DNA of 64,000 bases, from positions 1,240,001-1,304,000 of the forward strand of contig NEEC01000019.1 of the NCBI GenBank assembly GCA_002189035.1, given 5' to 3'. The notes beneath the pieces are model-generated. The model was not told where the DNA came from, ran no database searches, and saw nothing but the letters and a program-made list of their open reading frames with translations. The stretch's first letter is position 1. Every line of letters begins with the position of its first letter. Origin of the DNA: Utricularia gibba (lineage: Eukaryota > Plantae > Magnoliophyta). Shown one piece after another: positions 24,832-37,020 of this stretch. Made by a program: the position numbers and the translations under genes.

Positions 24832-25476
24832 TTTCTTGTTGTTTTCTCGCTCTCTGTTCTAGTCGGCGGCTTATTCATGGATTCGATTGCGTTAGAATTC
24901 TTTCCAGAACCCGCACGCGTTCCCGGGGCAGGGGACCCGATTCGGATCTCAGGCTCCGCCATCTTCCGTGCCTGCTCGAATTCTTTAACCCCTAAAGTTT
25001 CCGGTTGGTTGGGAACGCCGGCATCGGTGATTGCTCATGCCCTTTTTATGGAATTTTCACGGGCGTATATTTTGATTTGGGAATTGTCAAATGCCATTGA
25101 TAGTTTGCATATTGGATTTTAGCTTCGGAGAGAGATACATTTATTGTTCTCCTTGGTTTCTTGTACTTGCGAGAGCGACCATGGCTATGAAATTCATACT
25201 GATTATGGCTTTCTTCACTGTCGTTGTTGATGATATCGCAATATGATTGATAGTACATTTTTTTATAGACCATAAAAAATTCAGCAAGATTGTTTTTTTC
25301 AGCTTTATGTAAGTGTTCGGTACATACTATTGGAAAAGAAGGTTTAGTTGTTTCTTTTTGATTTACATGCATTGGATTTGATCGGTTTTGTTCTCCTTTA
25401 TGGGCTTGTTTTTTTTTTTTTTTTTGTAATCCTCATATGTGTACATTGTTGCAGAAGAGGGTATAGGGAAGACAAC

Positions 25477-26076
25477 ATGTCCTTTGGAAGGGGCCGTGGC
25501 TTTGGCCGCGGATTTGGTCGTGGTGGCTTTCGTCCTGTAAGCAAATTACCATATGAGCTATTCCCAGAAATCGAGGATCTGGGGACGGCACGATATACAA
25601 CGGAGAATAGGGATCAGATATCATGGTCCGCAATGCTGCATAGGTCTTGGAAGAATTCCCCTTATTATTACGAAGATACAAACCAACCCCAAAAATCTGT
25701 GCAAAATTCTGAAATAGAGAAGTACTCAGATCGTCAAAACCTGGCCGAAAAAGCCAAGGCTCCAATGTGGCACTTCATGATGCTGGAACCTGATTATTTT
25801 CCAGCAGAGCTGGTTATGGGAACGAAGGGCAAGGCTCCTGCACAGAGGAAAGTAAAGTGGAACCTTGAGTCTGACATGAAAAAGTTTGACCAGTTCGAGA
25901 AGCTTGAACAGAAGCATCAAGAGAATGAAAGCGAGGAAGAGGAGGAAGCAGTGGAGGAAGAGGATGGTGGAGAATACAGTGATGAGGGTGACTATGAGCA
26001 GAATGTAGATTTTGATGATGACGATGATGGTGGTATGGATGATATGGGTGATGGTGACAATGAAGGTTATTACTGA
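25477..26076 (+). CDS. RPC31: DNA-directed RNA polymerase III subunit RPC31/RPC7-like (199 aa)
   Basis: Single coding exon: MSFGRGRG.., LFP, SPYY, IEKYSDR, YFPAEL, FEKLE and a long acidic tail. Probable 5'UTR intron ending at about 25454. Confidence 0.8.
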   Translation: MSFGRGRGFGRGFGRGGFRPVSKLPYELFPEIEDLGTARYTTENRDQISWSAMLHRSWKNSPYYYEDTNQPQKSVQNSEIEKYSDRQNLAEKAKAPMWHFMMLEPDYFPAELVMGTKGKAPAQRKVKWNLESDMKKFDQFEKLEQKHQENESEEEEEAVEEEDGGEYSDEGDYEQNVDFDDDDDGGMDDMGDGDNEGYY

Positions 26077-26646
26077 TCCATACCTCTTGTATTCCCTCAT
26101 TCCATTTTGTTAGGTTTCATAAGTTTAGTTTTTGTAATTTGTTGGGGATGTGTTTGGAGATTTACAGTTGCACACCATTAATTGATTTCTATTCTCCACC
26201 CAAATAAACTTCACCCATTATCTTAAAGTTCACTTTTTTTCATTCTCTATCTATTTTTTTTATCTAATCCATCTCATATATTTCAGATGGAACCCATCTA
26301 ATTCATCAAGTACACTCATACTCATATATTATGAATTCGTTTTGTAACGATTTTTTATGATTACGGATAATGGGTTCAATCCATAACGAGTTAATTTGAT
26401 GGATATCCGAATTAACATGTATTCATGTCCATCTTAATGTACACACTATGACGGGACGACATGCATGGGCTGGGCTGGTGTTGGGCCAGATATATGTGGG
26501 TCTTATAAGACTATAAATTTTCGTTGGAGATGCCGCGAAAGAGCAGTTGCTCATGTTCCAAATTTTCTTCTCCGGAATTTTGTCTCTCCGTCCAGAATCA
26601 CCCTTCAGTTCTCGCCGAATTTCAGTGATCTCTGCGGAGTTGGAGG

Positions 26647-27856
26647 ATGGAGCACCTGAATGAGGAGGAAATAGGAAAAATCAAGCAGATTTTTGATGAA
26701 CTGGATATGGATAGAAATGGTATGCGGACTTTCTTCTCTCGCTCGTACTGATGTTGAAACCTTCTCTAGCTGCTTTTCTTGATCGCGATGACTGAATTTT
26801 TTACATTTTTATGTTCTGTTTAGATCTATTTCACATAATTTGGAGTTTCAGTTTCTACTTTTCTTGTTTTCCGTAATTGCTTCCTTCTTATATTGGATCA
26901 GCATTCTCATCCACTTTGTCAAATTATTTTTCGTTTTCACAAGCATTCGCTGTTTTTCACATATAGCATCATTAGAATAGCTGGATCTTCATGTTCTTCA
27001 ATCGATAAAAACTCAAGTACCTTGTATGTCAAGGTTTTCTGGTTTCCAGTAGAATCCAGGAAGTCTTTTGATACAACTATTACTGGTTGTTGTGAAACTA
27101 CTCGGTGATTTCATAGTTTTCCAAAAAACCATATCCCGGTTCTGATGTAGGTTTCATCAAAGCTGATGAGCTGGAGTCTGTCATGAAGGCTCTTGGACGG
27201 AATTATACTGAAGATGAGCTTAATGAAACGTTGATTGAGTTTCACACTGATCCAGATGGTGACATTGACTTAACTCAGTGTACTAACATGGTGGCTTACA
27301 CATTCAGTGTAACTTGGATTCTGAACTTTCATCTTCACACTGATTCATATTTCTCCTTTAGTTTACCATGTCTTCCTTTTCTTCAAGTTCTTTCCCTGCA
27401 TATGTAGCTCAGGTTCACAATCTGTATTTCTTTACTTCTTTCCGTATGCATTTATCTCGTCACATGTATCTGCAGAGGTTCCTTTCTCCAGCAAGTACTA
27501 CAGCTGCCATCTCCGAGATGAACTCACCATCTCTGGAATCGTTCTTAATGATTGCTTCAGACGAGATGGACTCCTTTGAGGCAGAGATTGTCATAAAATA
27601 CCTAAAGGAAGGCATACAAAATGCCTTGCATTCCAAGGATCTTGGAAAGACAAAGAAACTTGTAGAATCCTTGATTGATATGCATATCCAAGAGCTCACT
27701 CGTGGCCTGTCTGAGAAAAAACAGCTGAACAAGTTTCCACTCTCCAGAATCCTAGGCTTCCTGAATTTCATAACTGTGGTATGCCTCTTCATCGTTTTGT
27801 TCTTCTCCTCAGGAGCCAAGGAAACAACATATTACTCAGGGCCAAGACCAACATGA
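26647..27856 (+). CDS. Calmodulin-like N-lobe (EF-hands) fused to an unrecognised helical domain with a C-terminal transmembrane segment (about 203 aa)
   Basis: Predicted exons 26647-26719, 27151-27308, 27476-27856, phase-compatible and GT-AG. EF1 loop DMDRNGFIKADE is canonical; EF2 HTDPDGDIDLTQ is degenerate; hydrophobic ILGFLNFITVVCLFIVLFFSSG near the end. Site II motifs at 26466-26487 and TATAAA at 26512. Confidence 0.65.
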
Positions 27857-28818
27857 CGTGCATCCCCACTGTGAGCAGTTACTTATATCCTAAAAACTCC
27901 TCCCCTTTCAATTTGAATCAACTCTCTGTGCTTTCTTTTTTCTTTTTCAGTGCAGAGGTGACTGAAGATTGATCATCTGATTCCTGATCTCTGGTAAGTT
28001 ACACGTATAGAATGCACTGGAACTCCACTAGCTAATCACAGTAAAATCTTGGAAACAAGGTAGCTTTCCCCTGATAAAATACCAGGAACACTTGCAGAAT
28101 AGTTTTCTTGGGAAGTCCAAGGAAACTCCACAGGTAATCCAATCAATACGTCCCGGCGCATTTTAGTAGTATGTGATATTAATAACTGTCCCATGCATTA
28201 TTTGGGGGGATCATTTTCATACATAAAAAAAGAAATAAATCTTGGGACAGTTACTATTCATCAAATATTAAATTAACTCATCCCCTCAAATAAAGTATGA
28301 TGTGCTAGATGTTTAGTGGTGTTGCGTATTCACGCACCTTAGATAAGGTTTCCAACAATTTGCTAAATTAAAAGCTGGTGTTGGATGGCGTGGACCCGCC
28401 ACGTGACTTGCTCCGAATATTCATTCACCCATCCACCTGGGTGCCGATTCGGATCTCCTGCAGCATATTCTTATTACCCAGTAATTCAATTCGGATTTTA
28501 ATACTTTAAGATGCGTTATCCTGTTTGTTGTAATGCTTATGGGGATTGGTCCACCTTGAGTTGCAGCATAGTCAAAATAAATTTTCAAACTCAAAATGGA
28601 GTATTTCTGTTTGTCGGTTTGCAGTTAGAAGTTTGAGACGTGGACGAAAGGTTGGAGTGATGATCCAACAAAAAATGTATATTTCCTGAGATTTTCCCAA
28701 TCCAATGGAAGTGACGTAGGATTTTCAGAACCTGGTCCTTGAATAAAAGGGTGGAAGCAAGCAACGGTATTCTTCCAGTGATCGAAAACCGGCGATCGTC
28801 GGAAGTTGAACCAGAGCC

Positions 28819-30439
28819 ATGATGATGATGATGATGATGATGTTGAAGCTCATCATCGTGGCCACGGTACTTCTCCTGAGCTCACCGTCCACCGGTGAGC
28901 TGCTGAGAATCCGGCATCCAATCAACGGCGACGACACTCTCCAGTTCCTGGTCGTCGGAGACTGGGGACGGAAGGGGGGTACAACCAAACTGAAGTTGCT
29001 TCTCAGGTACGTACCACCGCCTCTGTATATGTATTATGGATTCTTTTGTACTAGTAGAATTCTTGGAGACGTCAAAGGGGTTGATCCCAAGTCAGTTATA
29101 TAGATAGACTACCGTGTTTCAAGGTCGGAGAGTGGAGCCAAACTGTGGAGACTCGGGGCTGCGAATTGCCAGATGACTGTGTGTCATTTTAACGAACATG
29201 GTGGTTATATTTAGTTACTGTGGTTGATCAGATGGGTAGAGTTGGGGAGGAGTTGGCAATCGATTTCGTCGTTTCGACGGGGGATAACTTCTACGAAGAT
29301 GGGCTCACCGGGGTGAACGATCTGAACTTTTTGGAGTCATTCGCCGACATCTACACAGCCCCCAGCTTGCAGAAGCCATGGTTCTCCGGTAACTACATCA
29401 CCTTTTTAATCATCACTGCAGGTATTTGTGTTCATTTTTTAATTTAATTTCGTATGATCAGTCCTGGGAAACCATGACTACAGAGGCGATGTGTTGGCGC
29501 AGCTTTCACCTTCCCTTAGAGCAATCGACCACCGATGGGTGTGCTTCAGATCCTTCATACTTCATTCAGGTATCAATCACATTCCTGGATTTTGGATTCA
29601 GCTCTGCTCATTTTGTATAACGAAGTTCATCAAATTCACTCGGGGATGCTCGACAGGTGCTGTTGAGTTATTCTTCGTGGACACAAGTCCATTCGTGAAG
29701 TCATACGTTTCAAGTACCAAGGAGGATTACGATTGGCGGAGGATTACTCCACTAGATGAATACACTGCCAACCTATTGAAGGTACAAAGATGTTGCTGCA
29801 AACATCCACACTTTTTCTTCTTCCCATTTTCAGTCCCTCCTCTTTTCTGCTAAGTTCATGTTGACCGTAGGATTTGGATTCAGCATTGAGGAAGTCAAAA
29901 GCGGCTTGGAGACTTGTTATAGGCCATCACACGTTGAGAAGCGCCGGCCATCATGGTGATACCAAGGAGCTCGTTGATCTCTTCCTCCCCATTCTTCGAG
30001 TACGTTTTTTCTTCTTTCTTTCCTTTCCTTTCATGTGTTGGGTCCATCGACGTCCTCATTGGTAATGTTGATGATGATGCACGTATGCAGAACAATCACG
30101 TAGACTTCTATATAAATGGACACGATCACAATCTTCAGCGTATCAAGGATCGAAAAAGGTACCAATGAAGTGGATACTTTGATAGACTTCAGACACGTTA
30201 CATACAAGTGATTCATGTTGCAGCGAGACGGAGTTTCTGACAAGCGGAGGGGGCTCTAAGGCATGGAGAGGCGACATAAAAGAGATTGATGAGGGGAGGA
30301 AGAGTTGAAGTTTCTATACGATGGACAAGGATTCATGAGCGTCCAAATTACACCTCTTGAGGCACATTTTGTGTTCTATGATGTTGGTGGGGCGATTCTG
30401 CACCAATGGACTAATCACAAGGCTGATGCTGCTCTCTAA
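28819..30439 (+). CDS. Low-molecular-mass purple acid phosphatase (PAP3/PAP8/PAP17 type), secreted
   Basis: Signal peptide after (ATG)8; metal-ligand motifs GDWG, STGDNFY, VLGNHD, VIGHH, NGHDH; C-terminal SGGGSKAWRG. One -1 deletion at G6 28974-28979. Confidence 0.93.
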
Positions 30440-31066
30440 GTTCGCCTGTGATCATGTGCATGTGTGCATAAGTCTCCCCACAACAGTGTAATGTAAAATA
30501 AGATGGTTTGTGTATGATACTGATATCAAAGAAAATGAGCCCATGCTTTATTTACAATAGAACCAGTGAAGCTGACTTTGCTGAGTTCGCAGCCTACAAA
30601 ATTCAGGGTAAGTTGGATCCCTGACTTCTCATCTTCAATTTCTTTGCTACAGAGAGCAAATGATTCAACACTGCAGAGGTCCGCACATGCTTGTAGCTTC
30701 ACTGAAGAGTAAATCACCATTTGCAATGTGTATACAAATGGCGCTGTGAATTCTAGAAACCAGCTGCAGTTTCATGGACTGATGGTGAACCAAGGGGACC
30801 AGGCGATCGATGAAGAAGATCCAGAAATGATGACTTGCAGATTATGATGGCCATCTGAAAGCGAGGTTTGAGGAACTCCAGGTATTTCTCCAGGAGTAGC
30901 AGGTAGGAGATGATGGGCTTTTAACTCTTGATATCAGTTGATTTCCCCTGCTGTTGATTATGGCAGCCTCTCGGAATACTGTACTACATATGATCTTCTG
31001 TTTCTTCTATCGTTGTCATCTTAGAGTACCATAATATGATCACATGGTTGAAAATCACTAAAACAA

Positions 31067-31100
31067 GCCTCTGGGATACAGCCTCTGGGATACAGCCTCT
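31067..31100 (+). repeat. 14-bp tandem duplication (gcctctgggataca x2.5)
   Basis: gcctctgggataca gcctctgggataca gcctct, just 3' of the PPR stop codon. Confidence 0.85.
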
Positions 31101-31187
31101 CATTCCCTTGCATTCCACAGTAGTAGCATAGAAGCCATCATGGAGTTTTGCAGTATTTCCAACAAGGGAAACAGGATTGGAGACTAA

Positions 31188-32737
31188 TCAAACACCTGCC
31201 ATTTTCATATCATTTGCTACTGCCTCCAGCTTCTCACTTAGGCCTGCCTTTTGATATCCAGCACACAGCAAGTCATAAGTGGATCTCCTCATTACAAAAG
31301 CATCTCTTGCACTCTCCAAAAAAGCCTCTAATCTATCATAAGCTTCATTTCTGAAGTAGCAGTCGATGATCTTCTCAACCACCTCCACACTACTAAATGA
31401 AATACCATTATTAAGCATCCTTTTCACGCTCGATTCGACATCATCAACGTGATCTTTGTCCGAATACAATGATATTACCGAGCTATGAAACAAGGATAGC
31501 GTATTGGCATTTTGGGTAGTTCCTGTCAACAGCTTCAGTATTTCTTCTATCCCTTCCACCCGTCCTTGCTGCTGATACAACCTCACGATTTTGGTGGTCA
31601 TGTTTTCGTCAAGAGCAATACCTGAATCAACTGAAGCTTTTAAAATCTCTTCCAACTTGGCAAAGTCTTTCTTCTTATAGAACGCCTTTACCAAGTTGTT
31701 TAAAATGTTTTCAGTGGGCACTAAACCTGCTGCCACCATTTCCTCATAGTAAGTTCCAGCTTCAATGAACTTGTTCAATTTTACACAGCACTGAATGAGG
31801 GAGTCATACATTTGAACATCATCAGTAAACCCACAGTCTCTCCTGGCTGATATCCAAGATTTAACAGCCTCAAAGTCTTTCACTTTTGCATAGTGACTAA
31901 TAAAGGAATCAAATGTGGAAGAATCTGGTCCGTAGTCATCTGAACGCTCCATGATTTCAAACAAGCTTAATGCAGTTAAAAGATTACCTGAAGACAAGCT
32001 CGTTGAGACGAGATAATTGAATAGCATAGTTGTTGGTTTGGTGCCCAGAGCCTCAACTGAAGTGAAAACAAGCAATGCTAGAGGGAGATTCCCAACCCTT
32101 TCACAAAGGGATAGCAGCTCAATGTAAGAATCACTTTTCATGTTACCTTTTCTCAGTTTCTCTAACTTCCACTCCAGAACCTGCTCAGAATAAACCAACA
32201 GAATGTCTGCCAATGTCATAATTAAAATACAGAAAAAAAAACAGAATCATAAGAATTCCCAGAAACACAAAATCTTTCCAGGAAAAAAACACGAATTAAA
32301 GTGAACAATCCTGAAAGAACCAGCCTCAAAATTCAATTTTGTGATTATACTAAAGTTCCTCAGTGTGCCTAGACAGATAAGGATTAGCGCGATCCCATTG
32401 CATCATTTAGATATTTTGTTTCCACCAATTGAAGTTAAATAGGGAATTCAATTACCAGCGTAGCTTTCTGGGGGGCAGAATCATGGAGTGAAACGACAAG
32501 GGAAGGCCATGGGAACTCATTCGAATCGGATGGGAACTCGGAATCGAGGGTAGCCTTGATTCTCGAATCCGGAGCATCGATAAGCTTCTGAAGCAGACCG
32601 GATTCCGAAGACGCAGCGACGGAATGGTTTCTGCGGGTATCAATAACTAGCGGGACACGACAGCATTCTTCAACAATCGGAAACGCTCTCTGCGCTCGGA
32701 GAATGGCCAACGCTGCCCTGACGCGAGCAGCCGCCAT
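31188..32737 (-). CDS. P-class pentatricopeptide repeat protein, probably mitochondrial
   Basis: Exons 32737-32456 (Arg/Ala-rich presequence MAAARVRAALAILRAQR) and 32180-31188 with PPR-like repeats (PTTMLFNYLV, PDSSTFDSFI, DVQMYDSLI, RSTYDLLCAGY). Confidence 0.85.
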
Positions 32738-32973
32738 GGACCTCGTCACGCAGCTCTAACCATAATTATATGAACCCCCGCCAGGGTTAGATAATTTCAT
32801 CAGTAAAAATATACAATTTTATTAAAATATAATTTAAAAAACGAATATCATAACCATTTCGTAAAATAAATATTTTTAAAATGTTTATTAATTCTGAAAA
32901 AAAAAAAACCTGTTGAGAACTGGTAGCAGGTCTTCTACTGGTGTAATACAACAAAATGGAATGAAAGGAGATG

Positions 32974-35719
32974 TTAAACACTCAATCCAGAGTTCAACAC
33001 CGCGGTAACTTCTCCGATGATATGTACAGGGCGACCGTCGAACAGGGAAGAAAGGGTGGCCTCACAGAGCTTCTTCAGCTCCCTGGTTTTCGTGATGGCT
33101 GCTTCCTGCAACATCATCCACTTCAACATATAAGAGAGTACACCAACAAGGAGCAATGCCGGTCGCCTAGTGGAGTGTGTATTATGAATGCAATGTGTTG
33201 TCTTCTGCAACCAGAAAGAGAGCTAGCAGTTGCAAGAGAACTTACTTGTTTTGGCCATGAAGAGGTCAAGGAATTTTGCAACTCCAAGCGTTTAGCATAT
33301 ATTTCATTCAGTCCATCCTTCAACTTAACCTCATGTTGTTTCTTTTCCTCCAGTGTATTTACGAGACGGTCGAAAAATCTGGAACTCCGGTGAACAATTA
33401 ATCCAGATGGCATAATGCCAAGCAAATGGATTGAGGGAAAGCGATCCATTGTATTAAGGTAACTTTTAGCACATTTTGAGAAGCAAACAAAAGGGTGCAG
33501 CACAATGCAAGAGCATGAATAATACCTTCGGGAGTTGAGTATCATGATGAGGTCAAGGGTTTTCCGGTTTGTCAACAGTGATACAGCTGAAGAGATCACA
33601 GACAGCATGCCATGAATTGAATCGGGACTGTATTGCTGGAGCACCAATGGAGCTACTGAATGGACCCGATGTTGTAGGGACAATGTTTCTCCATTTGTCA
33701 TTTCAAGCAATCTTTGGTTTAAAAAGGCTTCAACCTGGTAACAGTATTTCAAGTTAAGTAATGCTGAAAATTGACAAAACAGATAAAAACAAGATTTCTG
33801 TGTCTTAATTCGTAAATTGATTCGAACCTCAAATAAATCATCAAGAATGTTATTCCTGTACTCAGTTTCCATTAGTTGACTACGGTCAGAAATAATCCCA
33901 GGTGCATCAGTTCCCGGATGATTTTCGAACCCAGTATTTGTCAAAGTGCTTAACAAAAGAGCATCTTCATGTTCAGTTGCTGAAGGATTGAGATCATTCA
34001 CATCCCACGAAATTCCAGATGATGAGAGATCTGGATCCTTGTGCAGAGGGGAATTTGGCTGTGCATCACTAACATTAACCATTTCAAATGGACCTAATCC
34101 ATGGTCATTATCGTCAACTTCTACAGTGCCAATATCCCAATCAATCTGCGAGCTGTCAACCGTAATATCCCAATCGATGGTATCATTCACCATATCTGCT
34201 GCCCCTGCAGGGTTTGCGGTTTCGTCATTACAAACTTGAGAAGTGATAGCACCTAGGACCTCTGGACTTGGAGAAGCACTGAGAGAAGGGGGAGTCTCAC
34301 GGACAGAAAACAAATTTGGCAGCACTGGAACGGGCGTTTGCTGCAAAAAACATAGGAAACGAAGTTGTGTCGTACAAGTAAACATGCCTGTCGTTTTAAC
34401 CAATTCAAAAAAAAAACGAATGAATAAAAGAACAGCCTTACACCCTTCTCCGTGTGAGCATCTCTTACAAATGCTGAATAGTACTCAATTGCTCTTGAAA
34501 TTGAGTCACTTCTTAACAACTCCAAAATCTGGTTAAATATTGATGGGAGAGATTTTTTAGCTGATTCTAACAACTCTAACCTCAGATCAATTCCCTGTGG
34601 AGCGACAAATCATGAATGAGTAATTTAAGAATAATGCGATCACAGAAGGTGAAATGGTAGAATAATACAAGAACCTGCAGTCCAAGCTCTTGACAAGCTT
34701 CTGAATATTTCGCTGCTGAAACAGCAGCATTTCTCTTTATTTCAGCTTCCTTTCTCTCTAATTCTGCTAGCTGTTGCTGGAATTTTTGTACTTGCTTCTT
34801 CTGGTATGGACTTCAGATGACAAAGAAATTCTCATTTGAAAACACGATGCAACAGGATAAAAAGCCTATTGATTTCATACGAGGTGATTGCAAATTCTCA
34901 CATATCATAGTTCACATTTTGGACCATTATCTGAGCAGCTTCCCCAAGAAATATATTGTCTTTCTCATATGCATGCACAATCCCCTCCCATTCACCCTGT
35001 ACACATTAAAGAAGAAAATTCTCTGAGAAAGAAGGCAACAGGTTCCCCCACACAAAAGAGACTTCAAGAAAACTTACGGAAACACCTGAAAGCCGACCAA
35101 AAATATTACGGCTTTCTGGAGTGGACTTTAGCAGAATCTCATATATTTGTTTTGCTTCCAAGTAGCTGATACCTGAAAATAAAAAGCCGAAACAAGCATG
35201 CAAATGTTCTACATCATCCCATTATTGCATTAATCTTAGCAACGCGAGTGTTTCTATGCACATTGCATATGATGATCAATGTTCACTGACTGACGCTTTG
35301 GATGTTCGTAACATAAAAAAGCATCAGCGTCGCCATTTTCCAAATTTATGCGACAACCTCGACGAAGCGCTTGTGCTGATGATGGAATTGAAAAGATGAG
35401 AAAGCGAAAATTTTCTAAACAATGAAAACCTTCTGGATCAAGGGTTTGGAAAAAGGGATCGATTTCTTTAGGAAGTAAGGCAAACGACTTCGAAATCCTC
35501 GCCTTCACAGCCGCCATTTTCTTCCTCCAATCCATCGGAATCCTCTTCCGGTCGACCAGCCATTCTTCAATTCAATCACAGCCATCAATCAAATTGAAGA
35601 TCAAAAACCCACAAAAAATGATTTAAAATACCAAAATCTAATCCAAAGGCATAAAAAGCACCTCCAAGTCGCGCAAAGGCGATGTCTATTGGTAGATTAC
35701 GAATCTCATCCTGATTCAT
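32974..35719 (-). CDS. C53: CDK5RAP3/C53 ER-phagy receptor / UFMylation adaptor
   Basis: [47 protein letters not shown]; disordered region with IDWD, IDWD, FEMV, ISWD; C-terminal [15 protein letters not shown]. Not every junction was verified. Confidence 0.92.
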
Positions 35720-35842
35720 CGTCTTCCGATGGAAATGGCGGCAGCAAAACTGCCCAAAAAGCGCAGACTGCAGAGGGGTACCAAGTTGCTTGGTGTGGCT
35801 CCGACGTGTAAACTCCACGGGCGAGAGAGAAAGCTGCCGAAT

Positions 35843-35972
35843 TGGGCCTGGAGAAATAGATTTTGGGCTTTGGATTAGGCATTGGACTAAATACAGGCCA
35901 TAATGAAGTGAGCTGGGTATAACCAGCCCAATATGAGAATTATTGGGCTGCGCTCCCTCATTTTTTTGGGCC
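35843..35972. promoter_or_regulatory. Site II cluster in the divergent C53 / ABHD17 promoter
   Basis: TGGGCY or its reverse complement at 35843, 35864, 35925, 35944 and 35967. Confidence 0.65.
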
Positions 35973-37020
35973 AATCGTACAATGTTTTTAAAATAAAATA
36001 ATATTTTTCCAAAAAAAGAAAGAATATATTTATTTATTTTACTATAAAAACCTTTTTACTGATCGCAAACGTCTCCGATCAGTAAAACTGATTCCCCTTC
36101 TGAGTTCTTACACCTTTTTTTTCGTTTTCTCGCCAATTGTGGTTGCTCTTGCCGAGCTATTTTGGTGTTCTTCTGAGCTGTCATTCTCTTTGATGCTAGA
36201 TTCCGAGCTGGCTGTCTCTGGGATTGGGGGCTCCCGCAGTCGAATAGATCTGGTACTCTCTCAATTCGTTGAATTCGCGCTTTTTCAGGTGATTTAAGGA
36301 GATGCTCTGAAGTGCCCAAGAGTGATGAAGATGTTGCTTTTGTGAGTGTGGGTTTTTCGGGGGAGGAATCTGAAGAGGAGCTATAATTGGTGTTCTTGGT
36401 AGATCAGATTGTGTAACTAGGGGAGCCGTTTGATTCTAATCGGATTTAGTCTAAGGAGCATGATGGAAGTGGAATTGGACTTAATTATCAACGACTGCCG
36501 CAGGTAAAGACGGGTCTGTGAATTCGAAACCCTTATTGCTGAAGAATCAGCATATGAGCAAGAAAGAGAGGCAGATAAACTTCTCGAGCAGGTGTGTGTT
36601 TAGGTGATCTCGTTGTTGAATTTGAAGCTCTATATATTTATGAGATATGTGTCGGTGATCTTTTTTGTGGTTCGTAGTAGTACGTGCTTGACGTACAAAG
36701 CCAAAAGGTTGAAGCAAAATTAGTTCGTAATGCTGATGCTCGCTTAGACTTTGAGATTTTGTGTGTGACTGGTCTCATTTATGGAGGATTCCTATGTTTT
36801 TTTTTTTTTATATGTAAACACTGATTTATGAGTTTGGCCCTGGGTATAAATAGTGAAGACGGAAAAGGAACAAGTTTGTCACAATCATCGTCTGTAAAGT
36901 CTTATTTCCTAGCTCATTTGTCTCTCTCCTCAGGTGAAGCTGAATTGAACTGAGCCTTTTACTGACGAGGGATTGCATTCAAAAGACTGGATAGAGTGGG
37001 AACTTGTGTTGGCTGAAGGA

